From positions 800,001 through 864,000 of the forward strand of contig CAVUAK010000001.1 of NCBI GenBank assembly GCA_963739455.1: a stretch of 64,000 nucleotides of DNA, in the 5' to 3' direction. The notes under the pieces were generated by a model, which did no database searches, was not told the DNA's origin, and saw only the letters and a list, made by a program, of their open reading frames with translations. This DNA comes from an uncultured Gemmatimonadales bacterium (lineage in GTDB: Bacteria; Gemmatimonadota; Gemmatimonadetes; Gemmatimonadales; GWC2-71-9). The position numbers and the translations under genes were made by a program. Shown piece by piece: positions 54,733 through 64,000 of this stretch (its first letter is position 1; the number at the start of each line of letters is the position of its first letter).

Positions 54733-55887
54733 CTAGCTCCCTTCCATCGGTACTGCAGCCACCACCGCATCAGCGAGATCTGCGCGAATGCGGCGCAGCG
54801 CCTGAAAAGTCTCCTTCACCCGCGGCTCGTACGCCCGGTTGGTGAGGAAGATGACGTAGACATCACGCGCCGGGTCGATCCACATCTGGGTACCGGTCCA
54901 TCCAGTGTGCCCATACGTGCCCGGATCGGGGTGCCGCCCGAACGACGACGGCTCCGGCCCGGCTAGGTCGGGGGTGTCCCATCCCAGGAGCCGTGTGCCG
55001 CTCGCCGCTGACCGCTGCAGGAACCGCTGCACTGTGCCCGCGGACAGCCAGGTCACTCCTTCCAGTGTACCCTGACCAAGCCACGCGCGCGCCACCCGGG
55101 CCAGGTCGGGCGCCGTGGAGAAGATGCCCGCATGACCCGCCACCCCACCCAGGAACGCGGCGTTCGGGTCATTCACCAGGCCCTGGCGGGTCCTGCCCTC
55201 TGAGGTTGTGGGCGCGGCAAGTCCCCGCTCTGGCTGCTCCACCCCGAAGCTGGTGTGTGCGAGGCGGAGTGGCTCGATCACCTCCCGCTTCACGAGCACG
55301 TCGAGCGGCGCTCCACCTACCTGCTCCAGGATCACGCCCAGGAGAATGGCGTTGAGGTCGCTGTATTCCGGTGCCGTGCCCGGGGCCCGGCGCAGCGGCT
55401 CCGAACTGATGCGCGCAATTGCCTCGGCGGGAGTCGCCGAGACCTGCCACAGCGCGATGAAGGGTGGGAGCCCGCTGGTGTGGTCGAGCAGCATGCGCAC
55501 CGTCACCTGCGGCTTCTCTCCCTCGGAGAATGCGGGCACATAGCGCATCACCGGCGCGTCGAGATCCAGGATGCCCCGGTCCACGAACCGCGCCGCCACG
55601 CCAGTCGTCGCCACCACCTTGGTGAGGCTGGCCACATCCCAGATCGTGCTGTCCGCCGATGGGCGCGCAGCCTTCCCACTCCAGGTGAGGCGTCCGTAGG
55701 CCTGGCTCAACAGCATCGTATCGCGCCGCCCGACGATAACCACCGCACCCGGATACACCCGGCGGCTTACGCCCCGCACCGCCACCTGGCTGACCGAACC
55801 GAACGATTGCGCCGCCAAGGGTGGGCGAGTGAAGGGCGCGCCCACGCCCAGCACCATCGCCATCAGGAGCCGAAGATCACTCCGCAT
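54733..55887 (-). CDS. Serine hydrolase, beta-lactamase family
   Basis: SLTK, HTSGL, YSD, HTGWTG; signal peptide. Confidence 0.88.
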   Translation of the reverse strand: MRSDLRLLMAMVLGVGAPFTRPPLAAQSFGSVSQVAVRGVSRRVYPGAVVIVGRRDTMLLSQAYGRLTWSGKAARPSADSTIWDVASLTKVVATTGVAARFVDRGILDLDAPVMRYVPAFSEGEKPQVTVRMLLDHTSGLPPFIALWQVSATPAEAIARISSEPLRRAPGTAPEYSDLNAILLGVILEQVGGAPLDVLVKREVIEPLRLAHTSFGVEQPERGLAAPTTSEGRTRQGLVNDPNAAFLGGVAGHAGIFSTAPDLARVARAWLGQGTLEGVTWLSAGTVQRFLQRSAASGTRLLGWDTPDLAGPEPSSFGRHPDPGTYGHTGWTGTQMWIDPARDVYVIFLTNRAYEPRVKETFQALRRIRADLADAVVAAVPMEGS

Positions 55888-56692
55888 GAGCGCGCGTTTC
55901 CCCCTCGCGCACCTGTCCCGGGGGCAACCGGTACAGCAGCACGACACTGCGCCGGTCGCGATCGCTTGGGGCGCGCACGTGCGTGGTCGGGAACATGATA
56001 TCCAGCGAGTCCGCCGAGTGGGGCAGCCCCACGGCATGGCCAACCTCGTGCACGGCAACGCCGGCAAGGGCGGGATCGGGAAGCAGCACGCCCGAACCTG
56101 TCCGCGCGGCCAGCGTGATGAACGCGCGCCGCACCCGGCCATACTGGTCCCACGCCAGGTCGGTCTGCCCCACGCGATCGGCGTCGAAGTGGTCTACCCA
56201 CCGGACGATGATCTCGGCGCCCGCCGTGTCAGGAAGTTCGACGAAGGTCATCCCGGCACCACTGGCTTGCCACGCGCTGAACGCGTCGCGGGCAACGTCG
56301 GCCATCCTCGGCGTGTAGTCGCGCGCGGCACCATCGATCACCAGCGCGTAGCGCAGTGCCCTTCCGCTCCGGTCCGGCCAGCGTCGCACGACGGAATCAG
56401 TGGTCAAGAGCATGGAGTCGAGGTACGTGTCCCGGCCTTGATCGGATAACTGCCGCCGCACCGACAATCGAGCGAGGTGCTCCGCCGGCGAGAGCGCCTG
56501 CAGGCCCGGCACGGATGCGGACGGCGCCGCCGACGGGCGCGCCGCGGGCAGCACCGCGCTCGTGTCGGCCGAGTCGCGGGCAGGGGTCGCGCCCGCCCCG
56601 GCGCGATTCACCCAGCTCCGTCCCGCGCGATCCGCGAGCACGAGCACGAACAGCAGCAGCGTCACCGTGGGCAGTACAATGCGTCGCAGCAT
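55877..56692 (-). CDS. Matrixin-family metalloprotease
   Basis: HEVGHAVGLPH plus Met-turn DIMFP; N-terminal anchor. Confidence 0.88.
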   Translation of the reverse strand: MLRRIVLPTVTLLLFVLVLADRAGRSWVNRAGAGATPARDSADTSAVLPAARPSAAPSASVPGLQALSPAEHLARLSVRRQLSDQGRDTYLDSMLLTTDSVVRRWPDRSGRALRYALVIDGAARDYTPRMADVARDAFSAWQASGAGMTFVELPDTAGAEIIVRWVDHFDADRVGQTDLAWDQYGRVRRAFITLAARTGSGVLLPDPALAGVAVHEVGHAVGLPHSADSLDIMFPTTHVRAPSDRDRRSVVLLYRLPPGQVREGETRAHAE

Positions 56693-56777
56693 GGTCGGTG
56701 AATATGCCCACGGCCTCCGCGATTGGCAGCATCCGCGCTGGCGTCAAGGATTCGGCCCGTCTAGGATTGAGCCACCC

Positions 56778-59066
56778 ATGCTGCCCCTCGCGCGCGCGCT
56801 GATTCGCCGGCGCTGGATCGTCATCGTCCTGTGGACGGTCCTCGGTGCTTATGCGACGCTCCGCGCTCCCGGCACGCCCGAACTCCTCAGCGCGCGTGGC
56901 GGTTCCTTCAAGGTTACCGAAGCTGACAAGGTCAGCGCGCTCATCCGGACCCGCTTCGCGGCGCCGCTGGGCGAGACCTTCGCGCTCACCCTGCAGGCAC
57001 CCTCATCCGTCGATTCGGGCCGCTCGGGCGCCGTGTTCGACAGCCTCGTCGCCACGCTCCGCCGGCAGCCCGCCATCCGTGAGGTCGTGACCTGGCGCGA
57101 CGCACCAGGACGGCCATTCATCAGCGCCGACCACCACACCACCGCCGTGGTGATCGCCCTCCGCACCACCTCGGGCGACACCTCCGCCATGATGGTGCAG
57201 GTCATCCGCGACACGGTGCAGCAGGCGCTTCGCCACTTCGCCGATCACGAACAGTATCGCACCCTGCTCACCGGCCGCGCGGCACTCGACGTCGATACCC
57301 GCACGCTCAGCACGCGCGAGACTCGCCGGGGCGAGCTGCAGCTGCTCCCGCTCACGCTCGTCATCCTCGTGCTGGCTTTCGGCGCCCTCGTGGCGGCAGC
57401 ACTCCCGCTGCTCATCGGGTCGCTCACGATATCAGTGTCGCTGACGATCGTTGGCCTGCTGACCCGCATCACGCCGATGTCGATCTTCGTCCTGTCGATT
57501 GCCACCATGATCGGCCTTGGCGTGGGCATCGACTACTCGCTGCTCATCGTCACCCGGTTCCGCGAGGAGATGAGCCGTGGGTCTTCCCGCCGCGATGCCG
57601 CGGTGAACACGATCCTCACCGCCGGGGGTGCGGTCATCACGTCCGGCCTTACCGTCGTGGTGGGCTTCGGCGCACTGATCTTCACGCCCCTGGTCGAAAC
57701 CCGGAGCGTCGGCATCGGCGGGCTCATCGTGGTGGCGTCGGCCGTACTGCTCTCGGTGACCCTGCTGCCGGCGTTGCTCGCCGTCATCGGGCGCAACATC
57801 GATCGGCCCCGCTGGCTCGCCCGCAAGCTCGCCTGGTACCACTCCCCGCAGCTCTGGGAAAAGTGGGCCCGCACCCTGCACCGGCATCCGTGGCGCGCCC
57901 TGACGCTTGGCGGGCTCTTCATCGGCATCCTGAGCCTCCCGGCACTCGGGCTGCGCGTCGGCGTCCCGGCGCGGCACTGGTGGCCATCGCACACCGAGGC
58001 CGGCGCCGGCGCCAACGTGCTCCAGTCGCTCGGCGCGATGGGATACGTGGTGCCGGTGCGCGTGATGGTGGAACTGCCGGAGGGGAAGTCGGTCACCGAG
58101 GCGGTGTACCTGCGGGGACTGAAGAGCCTCTCCGACTCGCTCCGTGCCGACCCGCGCGTCGGCGATATCGTGAGCATCGTTGATCTCTCCTCGAGCAACT
58201 CGATCCTCAAGTACTCGCTGCTGTACAGCGACCTCGACTCGGCCCGGGCGCAGTATCCCCTGCTCGACACCTATCTCGGGAAGGACTCGCGCATCACCAT
58301 GATCGATGTCTTCCCCGCCGACACGACGTCGCTGCTCACGGGGATGGGGATCGTCACGCGTGCCCGCGCGCTCGGCGCGCATCCACCGAAGCAGCTTGCC
58401 GACGCGAAGGTTCTCGTCGGCGGCTTCCTGGCCACCAACGTGGACCTGCAGGAAGACCTGCTGGCGCGCTTCCCGCTGATCGTGGCGCTGATTCTCGGCG
58501 CCACCGGCATCATGCTCGCCATCGCCTTCCGCTCGGTGCTCATTCCCCTCAAGGCGATCCTGCTCAACACCCTCTCGGTGGCGGGCACCTTCGGGCTCGT
58601 GGTGCTTGTCTTCCAGAAGGGCTTCGGCATCGGGGTCCTCGGGCTCGAGGGTGCCACCGATGCCATCTTCGTGGTGATCCCCGTGCTGGTGTTTGCCGTC
58701 GTGTTCGGCCTGAGCATGGACTACGAGGTGTTCCTGCTGAGCCGCATCAAGGAGGCGTTCGACCGCACCGGCCGGAACGACGAAGCGACCATGGAGGGCG
58801 TCAGCGCCACCGCCTCCGTCATTACGTCGGCGGCGCTCATCATGCTCCTCGTCTTCGGCGTCTTTGCCTTCTCGCACGTCCTCGCGATGCAGTTGCTTGG
58901 CTTCGGCCTGGCCGTGGCAGTGCTGCTCGATGCCACCGTCATCCGAATGGTGCTGGTGCCGGCGGTCATGCAGCTCATGGGTCGGTGGAACTGGTGGCCC
59001 GGGGTCGACCCGCGCCAGCCGGCGCGCCCGAAGCCGATGCAGTCGGGAGAGCACCACATTCCGTAG
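56778..59066 (+). CDS. MMPL-family (RND) transporter
   Basis: GLGVGIDYSL..RFREE and FGLSMDYEVFLLSRIKE; GRWNWW. Confidence 0.92.
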   Translation: MLPLARALIRRRWIVIVLWTVLGAYATLRAPGTPELLSARGGSFKVTEADKVSALIRTRFAAPLGETFALTLQAPSSVDSGRSGAVFDSLVATLRRQPAIREVVTWRDAPGRPFISADHHTTAVVIALRTTSGDTSAMMVQVIRDTVQQALRHFADHEQYRTLLTGRAALDVDTRTLSTRETRRGELQLLPLTLVILVLAFGALVAAALPLLIGSLTISVSLTIVGLLTRITPMSIFVLSIATMIGLGVGIDYSLLIVTRFREEMSRGSSRRDAAVNTILTAGGAVITSGLTVVVGFGALIFTPLVETRSVGIGGLIVVASAVLLSVTLLPALLAVIGRNIDRPRWLARKLAWYHSPQLWEKWARTLHRHPWRALTLGGLFIGILSLPALGLRVGVPARHWWPSHTEAGAGANVLQSLGAMGYVVPVRVMVELPEGKSVTEAVYLRGLKSLSDSLRADPRVGDIVSIVDLSSSNSILKYSLLYSDLDSARAQYPLLDTYLGKDSRITMIDVFPADTTSLLTGMGIVTRARALGAHPPKQLADAKVLVGGFLATNVDLQEDLLARFPLIVALILGATGIMLAIAFRSVLIPLKAILLNTLSVAGTFGLVVLVFQKGFGIGVLGLEGATDAIFVVIPVLVFAVVFGLSMDYEVFLLSRIKEAFDRTGRNDEATMEGVSATASVITSAALIMLLVFGVFAFSHVLAMQLLGFGLAVAVLLDATVIRMVLVPAVMQLMGRWNWWPGVDPRQPARPKPMQSGEHHIP

Positions 59067-59075
59067 GGAGGCGTG

Positions 59076-60491
59076 ATGTCGCACCCGCCGGACAAGCCAG
59101 CACTGCGCCGGGTCCTGCGGGTCAAGGATCTCGTCTTCTTCTACGTCACCGCGGTGCTCGGCATGCGCTGGGTTGCCACCGCCGCGGCGGCCGGCCCCTC
59201 CGCGCTGCTCATCTGGGTCGTCGCGGCGCTGTGCCTCTTCGTTCCCCTCGCCTTCACCGTCATCGAGCTCTCGTCGCGCTATCCCGACGAGGGCGGCATC
59301 TACGTCTGGACCAAGCGTGCCTTCGGCGACTTCACCGGTTTCATGACCGGCTGGACCTACTGGGGCGCCAACCTCACCTACCTGCCCGGGCTGCTCTACT
59401 TCGCCGCCAGCACCGCGCTCTACATCTTCGGCTCTCGCTACGCGCACCTGCAGGACAGCGGCAACTACTTCATCATCGTGGCGATGATCGGTCTCATCAT
59501 TGCCGTCGCCATGAACATCGTGGGCCTCGAGGTGGGCAAGTGGCTTGCGACCGTCGGCGCCATCGGCACCTGGATCCCGATGATCCTGCTCATCGGCATG
59601 GGCATGGTCGCCTGGGCGCGCTTCGGGTCGGCAACGCCACTCACCGCATCCACGCTGCTGCCATCCACCGGACTCCGCGAGATGGTGTTCTGGTCCACCA
59701 TCGCCTTCGCCTTCACCGGTCTCGAGGCCGGTTCATTCATGGGCGAGGAGATTGTCGAGCCCCGCCGGAGCATCCCGCGCGCCGTGTGGATTGCGGGTGC
59801 CAGCATTGCCGTCATCTACATCCTCGGCACGCTCGCCGTCATGCTGGCGCTGCCCCAGGCGGAGATAACGGGCCTCGCCGGCATCATGGACGCGATCACC
59901 GCGACCGGAACGCGCATCGGGCTCACCGGTCTCGCGCCCATCGCCGCCGTGCTCATCGTGCTCAACACCCTGGGCGGCGTCGGCGTCTGGCTCGCGGCAC
60001 CGGCGCGGCTCCCCTTCGTTGCCGGGATCGACAACTACCTGCCCCGCGCCTTCGGCAAGCTGCACCCGAAGTACGGTACGCCACACGTTGCCCTGCTGCT
60101 CCAGGCTGGCGTCGCTGCCTTCTGCGCCATTCTCGGCCAGGCAGGCGAGACGCCGAAGCAGGCCTACGAGATTCTCGTGAGCCTCGGCGTCGTCGCCTTC
60201 TTCCTGCCGTACATCGCGATGTTTGCGGCGATGATCCGGCTGCAGCGTGAGCCGGCCGGTCCCGAGGTGGTCCGTCCACCGGGAGGACGCCCGGTGGCGA
60301 TCCTGCTCGGCTGGACTGGCCTCGCCACGTCGGTGGCGGCGATCGTGCTGGCGTGCGTTCCGCCCCCGGGTGAGGCGGACGGACGGCGCTACGTGATCAA
60401 GGTGGTTGGGTTGAGCGCACTGCTGGTGGGAAGTGGCGTGGTTGCCTGGGTGATTGGCAACGCGCGCCGGCGCGGCGCCGCTAGCGCGTAA
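59076..60491 (+). CDS. APC-family amino acid permease
   Basis: ELSSRYPDEGGIYVW, FTGLE, KYGTP. Confidence 0.9.
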   Translation: MSHPPDKPALRRVLRVKDLVFFYVTAVLGMRWVATAAAAGPSALLIWVVAALCLFVPLAFTVIELSSRYPDEGGIYVWTKRAFGDFTGFMTGWTYWGANLTYLPGLLYFAASTALYIFGSRYAHLQDSGNYFIIVAMIGLIIAVAMNIVGLEVGKWLATVGAIGTWIPMILLIGMGMVAWARFGSATPLTASTLLPSTGLREMVFWSTIAFAFTGLEAGSFMGEEIVEPRRSIPRAVWIAGASIAVIYILGTLAVMLALPQAEITGLAGIMDAITATGTRIGLTGLAPIAAVLIVLNTLGGVGVWLAAPARLPFVAGIDNYLPRAFGKLHPKYGTPHVALLLQAGVAAFCAILGQAGETPKQAYEILVSLGVVAFFLPYIAMFAAMIRLQREPAGPEVVRPPGGRPVAILLGWTGLATSVAAIVLACVPPPGEADGRRYVIKVVGLSALLVGSGVVAWVIGNARRRGAASA

Positions 60492-60978
60492 TCGCCGACA
60501 TGCCGCGCGCGATGAACACCAGCGCGCCGCAGATGAGCACCACCAGCCCGATCGCCCCGAGCAGGGCGCCCCGCGTGAGCGCACGCTCTGCGCTCAGGTA
60601 GAGATCGGGATGCGATTGCGGCGCTGGTGCCGCGTCGCGGATCGCACGCCACGCCGCCCGCCGAACCTCGAAGTCGTCGCCTGCCGAAATGCCGTGCCTC
60701 GGCGTAATGCCGTCGTCGCCCAGGTTCGGAAAGTCGAGTGCATTCGCTTCCACACCTGCCAGCGAGTACCTGTCGTCCAGCGGACGAAAACGCTGCCGCG
60801 CCTTCCAGCCCGCCTGCACCTCCGGATGATCCTTCAGCCGTATCCACGCCTTTGTCCCGGAATCGAAGACGAAGTCCTCACCCCCGAGAAGCCCGCGCTC
60901 GAGTGCATCGAGCAATGCCTCGACGCCCGGGAACAGCCGGGTGGTACCGACGGTATCGGTGACAGTGAAATTCGGCAT
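60481..60978 (-). CDS. Membrane-anchored protein with GYF_2-like N-terminus
   Basis: LERGLL..EDFVF..GTKAWIRL..HPE pattern; C-terminal TM. Confidence 0.6.
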   Translation of the reverse strand: MPNFTVTDTVGTTRLFPGVEALLDALERGLLGGEDFVFDSGTKAWIRLKDHPEVQAGWKARQRFRPLDDRYSLAGVEANALDFPNLGDDGITPRHGISAGDDFEVRRAAWRAIRDAAPAPQSHPDLYLSAERALTRGALLGAIGLVVLICGALVFIARGMSAITR

Positions 60979-61103
60979 GTATCGCTCTGGAACGGGAAGG
61001 ATGCGGTGTCGTCGCCGGCCAGCGAAGACGCCTTAGGCAAGATTCACCTCACAGCAGCGTTGGTCAATGCTCTTCCTCCTCACCCCTCACGCTGTTGCGG
61101 TTC

Positions 61104-63932
<2,829 letters not shown>

Positions 63933-63933
<1 letters not shown>

Positions 63934-64000
63934 CAACGCCCGAGCCGCGTCGCCGCGCGCTCGAACTCCGAGCGGGATTCCGGGGTCAGCCGGAAGCGGT
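63933..64000 (-). CDS. 3' end of upstream CDS
   Basis: ...SEFERAATRLGR-stop with TGATG overlap on the polA start. Confidence 0.45.

Overview
High-GC bacterial chromosomal segment, almost fully coding. Gene content suggests a Gemmatimonadota-like organism, but that is my inference and is not verified. It carries a copZ-copA-csoR copper operon; a kynureninase-like/LOG/deoxyhypusine-synthase-like/spinster-MFS operon; ndh and queG; a mobile mystery protein A/B islet; and a nine-gene translationally coupled run parA-parB-M23-bactofilin-BMP-Nif3-ABC(ATPase, 2 permeases)-pnuC downstream of two parS sites. It also has an ABC-2 exporter; sufR-sufBCDSU followed by brxA and an unknown gene; def; a patatin/beta-barrel protein; a 7Fe ferredoxin; a thioesterase-hydrolase fusion; rnd; sufT; MMPL; an APC permease; and polA. 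Roughly 30 single-base frameshifts hit many genes, including housekeeping ones, and are most likely long-read consensus errors. Non-coding structure includes strand-polarised 7-mer and 9-mer tandem arrays (some in frame inside genes), six copies of a 29-bp IHF-like dyad, a REP-doublet/rod hairpin, and a candidate structured sRNA. I found no tRNA, rRNA, CRISPR array, integrase or transposase. No single clearly novel system is demonstrated; the best candidates are ranked in findings.
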